The notes below the pieces were generated by a model. The model was given only the letters and a program-made list of their open reading frames with translations. It had not been told where the DNA came from and made no database searches. From NCBI GenBank assembly GCA_951406725.2, contig OX597828.1, forward strand, positions 40,486,001 to 40,550,000: a DNA stretch of 64,000 bases. Reading direction: 5' to 3'. Of this stretch, positions 26,233-39,044 are shown piece by piece; within the stretch, counting starts at the first letter, position 1; each line of letters starts with the position of its first letter. This DNA is from Octopus vulgaris. Its lineage: Eukaryota. Made by a program: the position numbers and the translations under genes.

Positions 26233-26729
26233 GCAGGTCGCTTTCGAGTTCTACTGGTAACATGTAACCCAGCACAACCTGTTGCATGGTCGGGTCGTCG
26301 GCGACTAAACCAGCAACCCCACTAAGCTTGCTTGCTTGGTGAGGAGGGTGTTTATTGGACACCCTGCGGGAGGAAAAACAAAACCCGTCAAAGGGCGGAG
26401 GAACTCTTGAGAGTCAATGGCCATCCAATAAATGTCTTAAGGATGTATCATGCGCGGGGACACAGAAATAATCGGACTGAATACCCCGATCGCGCGGTTA
26501 AACCATTGGGAGTGAAGGACTCCTAGTCTTTGTTAGGGCATCCTTCTAGGAGAAGGTAACTCAGGTAACTGGGATAACTCCAACATAAAACCTGCGGCTC
26601 AGTGGTTACCGATGATGTTTACTTGTTCTTCTTTTCGGATTATGGCTGCTGTTGCTTAGTGAGTGGGATTGACTCAGTGCGTGGCCTTTCCTCACTTTAA
26701 AAAAAATCTTCTTGCACAGGCATTGCATG
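26233..26729 (+). mobile_element. Non-autonomous RTE-related element (RTE 5'UTR-like)
   Basis: GC/CpG-rich island; agggcatccttctaggagaaggtaactc resembles the RTE 5'UTR motif gggcaacc.gtctaggagaaggaaaactc (from recall); flanked by ataacaaca twice. Confidence 0.55.
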
Positions 26730-27049
26730 ATAACAACATTGATTAAGCTTCGTGCAATGTCCATACTCGATAATGAGTGGGCAGCCACCATAACAACAGC
26801 AGCCCCATCCAAGATACATGAGCAACACTCACAATGTGGTATGAGGTAAGACTGTTTTCCTTCATAAATATAACAACAATGTTTTGATACTATTAAGGTT
26901 TTGACACACTATTGTTGTTTCCACTGGTGGCTGTCTTCAACGTCTCTGTTCATCGAGACACTCATGGTTGACACAAAGCTAAACAATAGTAAAAATCCAA
27001 AGTAAAGTCTGTATAATTTCAAGTTACAAACCTTCGTCTTCTCCCTTAC

Positions 27050-27503
27050 TTTTTAGGGGAGGTGGTGGTGGTGGGGGGTAGTCGATTACATCAACCTCAG
27101 TATTTAACTGGTACTTATTTTATTGACCCCAAAAAGACGAAAGGCAAAGTCAACCTCAGCAGAATTTGAACCTAGAATGTAAAGCCAGATAAAATGCCAC
27201 TAATCATTTTGCCTGGCAGGCTAACAATTTTGTCAGCTCACCGCTTTAATTAATAATAATAATAATAATAATAACAATAATAATAATCCTTACTACTAAA
27301 GGTACAAGGCCTGAAATTTTGGGGATGGGACTCACCAATTACATCAACCCCAGTGTTTCACTGGTATTTAATTTATTGACCTTGAAAGGATGAAAGGCAA
27401 AGTCAACCTCAGCGGAATTTTAAACACAGAACATGAAGATGGATAAAAAACCGCTGAGCATTTTGCCTGGTGTGGTAACAATTCTGCCAGCTTGCCACCT
27501 TAA
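27050..27503 (-). mobile_element. Two tandem SINE family C copies separated by (AAT)n
   Basis: Each has ctggtacttattttattgacc..aaaggatgaaaggcaaagtcaacctc and ends near gctcaccgc/gcttgccacct. Confidence 0.8.
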
Positions 27504-27535
27504 TTAATAAATAATAATGATAATAATAATATCCT

Positions 27536-27727
27536 TTAGGTGGTGAGCTGGCAGAATTGCTACAGTACTCTGGCTTTACATTCTGAGTTCAAATTCTGCC
27601 AAAGTCAATATTACTTTTTATCCTTTTGGGCTCAATAATATAAGTATCAGCTGAGTACTGGGGTCGATGTAATTGACCTCTCCCTCCCGTCAAAATTGCT
27701 GGCCTTTTGCCAAAAATTAGAAAGAAT
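27536..27727 (+). mobile_element. SINE family C, inverted relative to its neighbours
   Basis: aggtggtgagctggcagaattg head; gagttcaaattc box B; ggtcgatgtaattgac. Confidence 0.78.
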
Positions 27728-28240
27728 TATTATCATCATCATCCTTATCTGATACTTTTTCCTTTTTCAAGGAATATTCTCATACATCATCTTTTCACAT
27801 GTAGTCGTTTTTGGCAGTTTATCAAACACTCCTTCCTAAGTATATATGTCTCTGACTCACAAACAAACAAACAAACAAACAAACAGATACCTACAAAAAA
27901 ATCTAACTGAACCAAAGAATCTAATTCCTGGAATTAAATTTTCTCCCTATAGTATTGATCCTCAACCCATCCAATTCCCTAGCAGAAAACTAGAGCTAAA
28001 TGGATATAGAATTGATTTTTCCCTACAATTAAACCATCTTATGAAACCCTGAGTCATCCATGAACTGAACAAAGGAATAAAAACTTCTTTTTTCTTTTTA
28101 CCAAATATGGTTATATTCCATAGCATTATCAATCTGACCTGATTCAGAAGCAATATAATATAACATGTAGTAATCAGATGGGAGAGAGAAACAAGGGGAG
28201 CAGGGTCAATGGTACTGTTTTGTAAATAGCAGTTACATAT

Positions 28241-28797
28241 GTGCAGGTGTGGCTGTGTGGTAAGAAGTTTGCTTCACAATCACATGAGTTTGGGTTAAGT
28301 CCTGGTGTGGCCCCTTGGGTAAGTGTCTTGTATCATAATCTCAAACCAACCGAGGTCTTATGGGTGGATTCAAGAGACAGAAACTGAAAGAAGCCTCTGT
28401 GTGTGTGTGTGTGTGTCTGTCTGTCTCCCCCATCCATCATCTCTTGTCATTGTAATTGTAGTAAATGAATTTCCTTCATTTCCAATATGCTGCAAAAGCA
28501 TGTCTGGCCATGGGAAAATATTACCTTACTTCGAAACAGACAAGGAGGGATGGTAACAGGAAGAGCCATGACCACAAACACACACACACACACACTCGAC
28601 AACCAATATTGGTTTGTTTATGTTCCCGTAAGCTAGTGGCTTGGCAAAAGAGAACTGACAGAGTAAGTACCAGACTTTAAAAAACAAGAATTGGAGGTGA
28701 GGGCATGGGGGGTGGGGGTGGAATTTGTTTGACTAAACCTTTCAGTGTGGGGCTTCGGCAGCATAGCCACAGTCCAGTGACTGGAACAAGTAAAAGA
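28241..28797 (+). mobile_element. Diverged SINE family A with internal insert
   Basis: Head at ~28241; tail at ~28600-28797; unrelated segment ~28430-28575 between microsatellites. Confidence 0.65.
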
Positions 28798-28876
28798 CAA
28801 AACTTTTTCATGTAATAACAGTTAAAATATATGTAACCCCTACGAAATGTGTCAATGCCCTCTTGTTTGTCCACAT

Positions 28877-29510
28877 AGGTGCAGGTGTGGTTGTGTGGTA
28901 AGAAGCTTGCTTCCCAACCACATGGTTCCAAGTTCAGTCTCACTGTGTGGCACCGTGGACAAATGCCTTTTATTATAGCCTTGTGAGTGGATTTGGTAGA
29001 TAGAAATTGAAAGAAATTCATCGTATATGTGTATGTGTATATATATATATATCTGCATGTTTATATCATCATCATCATCATTTAACGTCCGCTTTCCATG
29101 CTAGCATGGGTTGGACGATTTTGACTGAGGGCTGGCGAACCAGATGGCTGCACCAGGCTCCAATCTTGATTTGGCAGAGTTTCTATAGCTGGATGCCCTT
29201 CCTAACGCCAACCACTCCGGGAGTGTAGTGGGTGCTTTTTACGTGCCACCAGCACGTAAAAAGATATATACAGATATATATATCTGTATATATTTGTGTG
29301 TATCTGTGTTTGCCCCCACCACCACCATCACTTGACAAATAATATTGGTGTGTTTATGTCCCTGTAACTTAGCAGTTTGGCAAAAGAGACTGATAGTACT
29401 AGGCTTATGAAGAATAAGTCCTGGGGTCAATTTCTTTGACTAAAAAACCTTTAAGGTGGTGCTCCATCATGGCCACAGTGAGATGACAAACAAGTAAAAG
29501 AATAAAAGAA
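28877..29510 (+). mobile_element. SINE family A interrupted by a family B element
   Basis: Head 28877-29050 and tail 29265-29510. Confidence 0.8.
29066..29257 (-). mobile_element. SINE family B 3' portion nested in family A
   Basis: (CAT)n tail; ctggatgcccttcctaacgccaacc; reverse complement of 40487-40740. Confidence 0.85.
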
Positions 29511-30313
29511 TGTATATATCTATATATATATAACATGAAACAAAAATGCAATAGAGGACAATAAAACATTCGGACAGATAGACAATACAAAGGCAAATAG
29601 GAAACAACAATTAGAAGGACAAGCAAAAAAAGACGAGTTATTGGTGGCCTTCTTTCCTCAGTCAAGTTACCAGAAGTCCTTATTGTTTCAGGCAGTTACA
29701 CTTGAAATATATAAGATACATCTTTTCTGTAAAACAGTCAGTAAACTGTGAAATGGTCCACTGAGAAGTAGTCAATTTGGCAGAATTTGAACTCAGAATA
29801 TAACAGTATATAACTACCCTACCGTTTTCCCCATTCCATCACCTCCGTTACAGAGAATTTGAGATAACCAAAATTTGAATCGAAATTTTTAAAAATTCTA
29901 GTACCATTTATGAGAAATCCTCTCACTACAGAGTTCACCATGAAAGCATCAATATATAATCACTTGACCTGTTAAAAATAGAACTGAATTTCCTTCAAGC
30001 CACATTGTACAGACTTGAGAAAGGAGATATTGTACAATGTAGCCAGGGTGTATGCTATATCTGAAAAAAAAATGGATAGCAATGGCTGAAAAGCTTCTGA
30101 TGATAGCTTCTGTTCTATAAGAGCTATCTTGGGGGCCAAATAACAACTTCAAAAGGTTATAAGATCAATTCTTTTAGAGAGAGACAGCAGATGATCCAGT
30201 ATTTAAGAGGAGTCAATAAAACAGTTGTATGTTTTAACCAATACATTAAATCTCCTTCCGTGAAACAAATCATAATAAAACTATATCTATTTATACCTCT
30301 CTCTCTATATATA

Positions 30314-30359
<46 letters not shown>

Positions 30360-30569
30360 CCAATAACACCAATCATTAACACTGATATTGAAAGGAAATA
30401 AAATATGAAACAATACGAAATATCCCAATATGTCATGGCTCTGTTCCTTTCTGAAGGGAAAAAGGTAGTGGGGGCAGTTAGTAGAAGTAGTGGTGATTGT
30501 AATAATGGTAGTGGTATAAGTGGTGGCAGCAGTAGTAGTAGCTGTGTTAGTCATGGCTGCAGTAGTAGC

Positions 30570-30609
<40 letters not shown>

Positions 30610-30613
<4 letters not shown>

Positions 30614-31120
30614 GTGTCTGTTTTCCATGCTGTCATGGGTTGGATATTTTGATAGGAGCTGGCAAACCAGAGGACTGCTGTCAGCTTTGGCATGGTTTCT
30701 ACAATTGGATGCCCTTCCCAATGCTAACCACTTCACAGAGTGCACTGGGTGCTTTTTATGTGGCGCCACCATCAACAAAGTCAACAAGTAACTAGCAAGA
30801 CAAAGATCCCTCAACTGCAAGGAGGAATGGTACTGAGTGAGGTGGTTTTACACTGGGTGATGAGAGGTTATATCACAATAGAAGGTGTATGTATATGTCC
30901 ATGTAGGTCTATGTCTTTGTGTCCCCCCCCCCCACCACTGTTTGACAACTGGTGTTGGTTTATTTACGTCCAGGTAACTTAGTGGTCTGGTATAAAAGAT
31001 TGATAGGATAAGTATCAGGCTTAAAAAAGAAATTCAAATACTGGGGTTGATTTGTTTGACTGAAACCCTTCAAAGCAATGCTCCAGTAAGGCCACAGCCC
31101 AATGACTGAAAGAAATGAAA
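30610..31120. mobile_element. Family B fragment (minus) followed by family A tail (plus)
   Basis: ggatgcccttcccaatgctaaccac at ~30707; tttgacaactggtgttgg...gctccagtaaggccacag at ~30940-31100. Confidence 0.7.
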
Positions 31121-31882
31121 CACAAAAATGGTAAAAAGGTGATATGTGGAGGGACACTGCCCATAACCTTTCCACATCCAAGTCTAACTGAGCTTTGGTT
31201 TGTACAAGGATGAAGGTCAGTGCTTAAGAGGGTGATAAAGGAAGGAAAGTACAGTTTCAGAGGAAAAAATAAGGTTCTATGGAAGAAGTACTGAACAAAG
31301 TGTAGGGCCTAAAGGAGATAGGAATAGTAGGTGAGATTGGTAGGACAAGGGGCAGGGGGTTTAGCACAAGGTTGGCCTTAATCAAGCATACTTATCATCA
31401 AAGCCTTACAGATATGACCATCCCTTCAGCTTTTCAGATATCTAGGATTGCATTATCCAATGTGCCCTTTCTTTTAAAATGGTAGAGTGTGATTTAGAGG
31501 TAGCAGCAGACAGGATTTGACTTCTATTTCTAGCTTGTCAAGCAACTGCATAGAGGTTCCCATTTCGGCTTGCAAACATTGTATGCGTGTATGTATATTA
31601 GTGTGCAAGTGCATGCATATATCTTTCTGACTGTGCTCTTTGTGTGTGTGTGTGCGTGTTCAAACAATTTTCAATAATTTCTCTTCTAATGCTAATCGAA
31701 ACAAAACTCTTTAGTAGCCTTTGTTATATTTGAACGTTACTACACACACACACACACAGGATTAACTTTTCAAAAATTAATGGAATAGAAAATTGAAAAA
31801 TGTTCTGTAACATGAATAATTAAACAAAGCTAACATATCTACTATAAGTTATTCCAGCTGAGCAGCTTTAGGTAACATAGAG

Positions 31883-32065
31883 TGGGTGGTGGTGGTGGTG
31901 GTGGTGGTGGTGCAGTTGGTGGTGGTGGTGCAGTTGGTGCTGGTGGTGCAGTTGGTGGTGACAGTACTGTTGATGCTGATGATAATACTTGTGGTGGTGG
32001 TGGTGGTGGTGGTAGTGGTGGTGATGGTAATGACGATAATGGCGACTAGACGAAGACGATGATGG
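31883..32065. repeat. (GGT)n/(GAT)n trinucleotide compound repeat
   Basis: Directly visible; produces a spurious poly-His ORF on the minus strand. Confidence 0.9.
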
Positions 32066-32415
32066 AGACAAGGATTATGATGTTGACGAAGATAATGAGT
32101 TAACAGTGGACATTAGTCCAATTAATTTTAATTAATCCATGAAAAAAATATGTCCCAGAAAGGTCAAGAGTATATTTTTAGCAGTATCTATGCAAGAAAT
32201 TATATATGACCTTTCCACCCACACTCCATAAAGCCATCTGAAATGGGTTTCTTCATGCTAAATACTTCCGCAAGAATCCAGGACAAAATCTCACTGGATG
32301 CAAAATTAGTCTCCTTCATACGTTGGAATCTTGTGTTGAATTTCAGAAATGTTTTGTTGTTTTTATTTATATATATATATATGTTGGGGGGACAAACACA
32401 GAGGCACAAATATAT

Positions 32416-32452
32416 ACAAACAAAAAATGATTTTTTTCCTTTTCTGAAAGAA

Positions 32453-32503
<51 letters not shown>

Positions 32504-32543
32504 CCTTCTTTCAGAAAAGGAAAAAAAATCATTTTTTGTTTGT
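32416..32543. repeat. Near-perfect palindrome: ~40-bp arms around (TA)n
   Basis: acaaacaaaaaatgatttttttccttttctgaaagaagga-(TA)n-tccttctttcagaaaaggaaaaaaaatcattttttgtttgt. Confidence 0.93.
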
Positions 32544-32911
32544 TTGCTTGTCGCTCTTTTTTTTTTTTTTTTTTTGCCATTTCTTCGCATGTTACCTTTC
32601 AGTGACTAATTCGATTTTGATGAAAAAGTTGCTATTAGATTTAATAAACTGCCTGCGTGGTATTGATTTCTGCTGGTTTAATGACTGTTTGATATTGAAA
32701 AATACTACCAAGGACAGAGAGGGGATCTAAATTTCCTAAACTAAAAAGAAGTGGTGGATGACAGAATTGGTTGCATCAAATAATAATTACATTTCTTTTT
32801 TTTTTTTCTTTTTCTCTTTTTATTTTTCAGTCACACAACTGCTGCCATGTTGGGGCACCCTCTTGAAAGGTGTGGCCAAACAAATCGAACCCGATACTAA
32901 GTTATGGGGAT

Positions 32912-33341
32912 TTTATTCTTTCATTCTTTTACTTGTTTCAGTCATTTGACTGTGGCCATGCTGGAGCAGTGCCTTTAGTCAAGCAAATCGATCCCAGGAC
33001 TTATTCTTTGTAAGCCTAGTACTTATTCTATCGGTCTCTTTCACCAAAGCGCTAAGTTACAGGGACATAAATACACCAGCATCAGTTGTCAAGCGATGTT
33101 GGGGGGACAAACACAGAGGCACAAATATATACACACATACATATATATATATATATCTATATCTATGTATGTATATATATATACGACAGGCTTCTTTCAG
33201 TTTCCGTCTACCAAATCCACTCACAAGGCTTTGGTTGGCCCGAGGCTATAGTAGAAGACACTTGCCCAAGGTACCACGCAGTGGGACTAAACCCAGAACC
33301 ATGTGGTTGGTAAGCAAGCTACTTACCACACAGCCACTCCT
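32912..33341 (-). mobile_element. SINE family A, full length
   Basis: Complete tail-to-head match to other copies. Confidence 0.9.
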
Positions 33342-33399
33342 AAACAAACCAACAGCAATTAAGTGATGGTGGTGGAGGACACACATGTGCACATGCATG

Positions 33400-33450
<51 letters not shown>

Positions 33451-33455
<5 letters not shown>

Positions 33456-33643
33456 ATCCAAACAAGAACAAGCAAGAAAAAACAACCAACGTGAGGACGT
33501 GGAATAAGTACTGTGTTACTGGATGCTCAGGAAAGGAAAGAAAGAGGATTTCATGTTTCGAGCAGAGGCTCTTAATCAGAAATATAGAAAAAGTCCAAAG
33601 AAGAGAAGATGGAGAAAGAAAATCGCCAACGATACACACGCGG

Positions 33644-33645
<2 letters not shown>
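33451..33645 (-). mobile_element. Penelope-like fragment between (TA)n and (TG)n with a decayed minimal hammerhead
   Basis: Minus strand ctgattaa-gagc-ctct-gctc-gaaac at 33555-33579. Confidence 0.5.
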
Positions 33646-33694
<49 letters not shown>

Positions 33695-34764
33695 CACATG
33701 GAGATAATATAGCAAGGTTCCTCATTTTTTCCATCAGCCAAATTCACTCACAAAGCATTGGCTGGCCCCAGAGCTATAGAAAGAGAAACTTGCTCATGGA
33801 GTTTCACAGCAGGATTGAAACTAAAACCATGTGTTTGCAAAATGAGCTTCTTAACCACATAGCTATGCCTATGCATTTCTTTCTTTTTTTTTTTTTTTTT
33901 TCACTTTTTAAAAAAAAAATTATGATGGATCAATCAGGAGAGGAACAACAGTGCTCATGACCCTTTTCAGGGCCTCCTGGTGAGAGGAAGCGGAAGCTAT
34001 CCTCAGACCAAAGACCTAACTCAAATGTTTGCAACACTATATCAGTCAAATATCACACTGATACAGTCAAGAATACTCTGAAAAAGTCAGTGCTAGCACA
34101 GCTACAGTACGACAACCGAAACCAGTAAATGAATAGAAGATTAAAAAGAATATAAATTATATGTTTTAATAATATATCCATGAGAATTTAGAAATTATTC
34201 CTTGTATCCACACACAGTCAGAATTTCCAAAACTGACTTCTAAGCTAAACAATCCATCAACTTGTACCTTGACACTGTTATTCCTCGGCAAGCCCTAAAC
34301 ACTCATTTAATCTATTATTCACTGGGAGGAAATGGGAGGAGAAACAGCTCAGAGGGACATCATAATAATTGAAAATTAATGAGTAGGTTGGTAGTTCACT
34401 GTGCTAGGATTGAAGTATTTCACAGGAGAGTGAATAAATGAATAAATTATATCTCTAAGTAACGGTTGATGTACTACTTGGCTCAGTATATTTAACTGTG
34501 AACTAGATTATCACACACACACTTTGTAGACCGAGGAAAATTAAAGGATACTACATAGAGATATATAACACAAGCTAGAGTAGAACCAACTGGTATTCAA
34601 CAATGGGTCATTAGGACCACTGATATTGACAGAAAAGGAAATAGTCTTTGATTAAATCCCCAAAGTATTAGCAACAAAAGAGAAAGCAGCTGGAAGTTAG
34701 TAATCAAAAGATCACAGACTCAGCCTGCAACTAACTTCAAATGACAGGAAACTTTAAGGCAGAA

Positions 34765-34972
34765 TCATTGGCTGAATCATTACTGCACCAGAGAAAATGC
34801 ACAGCGGCATTTCTTCTGACTTTACATTCTGAGTTCAAATGGCACCGGGATTGACTTTGCCTTTCATCTTTTTGGGGGAGTCGAAAGAATAAGTACCAGT
34901 TGAACACTGGGGTCAATGTAATCGACTAACCCCTCCTCTAAACCTCCTGGCCTTGTGCCAAAATTTGAAACC
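34765..34972 (+). mobile_element. SINE family C
   Basis: gagttcaaat...gactttgcctttcatc...ataagtaccagttgaacactggggtc...ggccttgtgcc. Confidence 0.78.
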
Positions 34973-35863
34973 AATAACAGGAATCTCAGACAAGCCAACA
35001 ATGGGAGTGTTTTTGTGACCAGTCATCCTACTAGATATAGCAGCCATATCTCCCTCATGCTACATTACTGTCGTTAAAAACGAATGAAGGACTCATTCAA
35101 TAGTGTAATCCTAGATGCATTGTTTTAGATTAAAAGAAGGGATGGTCATGGTTGGAATGCCCTTTCATCATAGATGTACTTGATTAGAGCTGATCAGGAA
35201 CAAAACAGCAACACTAAAAGTAACTTTGAGGCTTTCAACAAGCACAATCAAAATGCTTGAAATAGCAACCAAATTCCCCTCAAATTACACTATACCATCT
35301 TAAAAAAGGAAAGGAAAGAACAGACATGTACAATCTACTTTAACATAACCCTGAATGTGTTTGATCATAGGTCTGCTTAATCACACCTAACCCAGGGCTG
35401 TAAAAGAACAACAAAACTAGGTTCTCTAAGGTTGGTGATTATATCACATGACAAGTGATCCTTGAAGAGTTTGCTCATGTTGCAAGATGTTGCTCTCCTG
35501 ATTTTTGAATATTCATTCAATGAATGTATTGATTTTTAGCTTTTATTGCTAAACAGACATTGTCTCTGTAACACCATGTAACATGCATAATCTGGACTAA
35601 ACCTAACACCTGACTCTTCTGTCAAGATAGGCACACACACACTCATACAGTATGTGTGTGTGTGCATGCGCATGCATGTATGTGCATATGCGTTTGTGTG
35701 TGTGTGTGTGGAGGGTGTTTGTGCAAGCATGAAAACCAAACAAAAAGAAGACAATGTCAGTCATGTCTGTCTATGTGGATTAAGGAATTAAGATATGAAT
35801 ATAATATTCCCTGGTGAGAAAAAGCAAACAGTTTTGTGGCAACAGATATTATTAGCTCAAAAA

Positions 35864-36085
35864 TCATCATTTAATGTCCTCCTTCCATGCTGGTATGGGT
35901 TGGACAGCTCCACAGAAACTGGTGAGTCAGAAGATTGCATCAAGCTCTGCTGTCTGCTTTGGCATGGTTTCTATGGCTGGATGCCCTTCCTAAATGCCAA
36001 CCACTTTATAGAGTGTACTGGGTGCTCTTTTTATGTGGCACCAGTAGTAGTGAGGTCACGTAGTAACTTGCAAGACAAAGACCCT
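35864..36085 (-). mobile_element. SINE family B fragment
   Basis: tcatcatttaatgtcc...ggctggatgcccttcctaaatgccaaccac. Confidence 0.75.
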
Positions 36086-39044
36086 TAATTGAGGTGGCGG
36101 AGAGGTACAGGGTGGGTAGTATTGAAGAACAGAACAAGAGGAGTCTTCCATTAGAGGGAAAACATGGTTACCTCAGGTGGAGAGAGGAGAGGAGGGTGAA
36201 AGAGAGGAGAAAGAGATGATGAAGATGTGATGGGGAGGGTTACAGGTAGGAATATATAGTAGAAGTAGATCAGGGATTGAGGAGGGCAAGAGGGTGAATG
36301 AGTTCACAAGATGGTAAAAGGAGGGTGGGAAATGGAAGGGTGGGGGGTAAAACTTCATAAAAATACAAACAACATAAAATATACAAAGAAATTATTCTTA
36401 TTCTTCAAATGAGAGCATCATCGTTTTGTCTCTGGCATAGATATAAATTAATGGAGAATGGAAGAAATGGTTTGTGGTTTACTAAATAAAACCAAGAAAC
36501 GTGACAAACTCTTTTGATTTTTTTTTCCAAGAATGAAAGCAAGATATTATATGAGAAGGAAATTTAGGAGAACACAGTTAATTTATCATGAATATTTCAT
36601 AATTTATACACAATGATATAAAGGTAAAACCAAAAAAAAAAAAAAAATTCAAAAACTTTAAACCGCAAATATCAAGTAAAATCAATTAAGGAGTAAATAG
36701 ACCAAAAAATGAAAATCAAAAATTAGAACATATCCTACGAATTCTAAAGAAAATGATTAATTAAAAATCTTGCCATGCAACCATGATGAAATTTTTATTA
36801 TTTATCTATTTATTTATTGTGTTTTGCTCTTTTATCAACAATTACTTCTGTGGGAAAAGTACTGAAAAAAGAACTGAACACGTGCTGAATATTTTTAATT
36901 GTGACACAAGGTCACACACATTTGTGAGAGAGAGTGAGTAGATTATTCATTGTAGTCGACTGTCTAAACCCTAGTACATGACTGGTATGCACTTCGTTGA
37001 TCACAGAAAGATGAAAGTTGAAGCTGACCTGGCCTGACATCGGTAAGATTTGAACACAGAAATTTAAAGAAGCTAAATTAAGTATCTCAAAGTATCTAAT
37101 CCAGTGCTCAACTGTTTCTGTCAAACCACCATCCCTGCTATGATATTGGTGATGATGATGATAATCAAAATATTAAAGCAATGCTAAGGTCCCAGTAAAG
37201 GAAGAACCAATACTCATTGATAATTATTTGACTAGGATTGTCGTTGTTATTATCGTGGTTGTAATTTAACTTTAGTTCAACCCTAGTCGAGAAGAATAAT
37301 GATGAAAGTGAGGTCAGGATAGTCAATTGGTCTAGTGAACCAAAAACAATTTTTAACCAATAGAAATTAAACACATAAGAAGAAATGCTATTTTGCAAGT
37401 TGCAAGAGGCACCTAAAATGATTAGCAAGTAGGAAGGGCATTTAGCTGTAAAGCACTGCCTCACAAAGCCCCACATAGCCATGCCAGAAACACCAAACTG
37501 TTGTCCCAGTCATACCACACCTCTACCAAGCTCAGAGCCACATTGCACACTTTGGCATGCATCGGTGAATGGTATGAGGTGTGCAGTTTTACTGTCCAGA
37601 CATGTACTATCTCCACTGTCCACAGATTCTGGATGTGACCACAATGGAATGCATAGTGGACTAAAACCAGAGCATGACAGTTGTGAGTACATATTACAGC
37701 CTGGTCCTTGGCTGTTGATGCTGCAGTTATTTCTGTGTGCATTTTTATATTTGTCTGGATTGAATGGAAGAGACAGTGTTTTAGGATGTTGTTGGTTCTC
37801 ATAATAGCCTCAGCTTTCTATAGCCTCATGGTTTGTTGAGTAACTTATACATATTCAAACATTTACATAGTTTTGGAACATATGTTTTTAAAGCGCAATG
37901 TTGTTATCAACCACGGACTACTTAACTTTAAAGTTAAAGTGGAACCTGCTACCAGCTTAACAGACTGAGGCAAAAGAATATATAAATAAAGCGATGTGTC
38001 TGACCCAGATTAGAACTCCTGACCATGTGGTCAGTGGGTAGTTGAAGATGTTTGTACCTTAACCCTACAGTTTCTCTTGTGTTCCATGAAAACATATTGA
38101 CCAAACGTTAGTGAAAACTTTGATTCTGACAAAAGTTTACTGTCCTCACTGCTTATTGTGAGTCATGAGAGAGAGAGAGAGAGAGAGAGACACATACAGA
38201 CAGACAGAGAGGGTGAAAAAGAGTAAGTGAAAGAGAGAAAAAAAACAAGCACAATGCAGCAGGAGAGTGATTAATTGGGAGAAAGCAAGTGAGAGAGAGA
38301 GAGGAAGAAAGAGGGAGGGAAAGGCATTGTGAGTAAACACTGAAAATTGTAGAAATCTTAATTAATTAATGACCAGTAATTGCAATGACTAGTTTTATGA
38401 TGCCAATTAGAAACACAGATTATTATATGTCAGAATAATCAACGGCTCCATATTTAGAAAGGTGAACAGTTCATCCAGGGTAGAAGATTTTCATTCCATA
38501 AGCCATGATGTCATTATTTATTCTAAATCAATGGTATCCAAAACACTTCCAGGTAGCCACCCTGAATATTCTACTGTCTTGGTGACTACCAAATTAGGCT
38601 CTACTTATAGAAATGATCACCAATTATTTCCACTCTCAAACCTGATGATGTCACATGACTAAATATTGAGAGCAGTCTTTTAAAGTGGAGAGAATGTGTA
38701 AAGGTGTAATGAACTGAGTTGACCCTAGTTTATTACTGGTACTTATGTAACTTCATCAACTCTAAAGAGAATGAAAGGCAAACTCAATACTGGCGAGATT
38801 GGAACGGAACTGAATTTAACAAAATTTAATATTTCACATTGTTTTTACCACTAGGTACACGCCAAACTGTATTTTTGTAGTGAAGGTGTTGAGATAATTT
38901 AATTTAATCTGTGTGTGCATATGTGGTTGTGTATTTAAACCTGAGTATGACTCTAAACCACACTCGTCTTAAAATCTTTGTATATAAATCAAAATCTCTA
39001 AAAAAAATTTTTTTTTTTTTGCTCATGTTCCAAACCCTAAACAT

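Noticed and set aside
29530-29720. Fourth hammerhead (minus-strand gaaac ... ctgagga)
   Set aside because: I could not build the required stems around the core fragments.
31868-32071. Poly-His/Gln ORF
   Set aside because: Trinucleotide repeat expansion with no flanking coding context or splice support.
32200-32350. Minus-strand exon (MKETNFASSEILSWILAEVFSMKKP...)
   Set aside because: No convincing splice pair or homology, and the long ORF is inflated by the adjacent palindrome and microsatellite.
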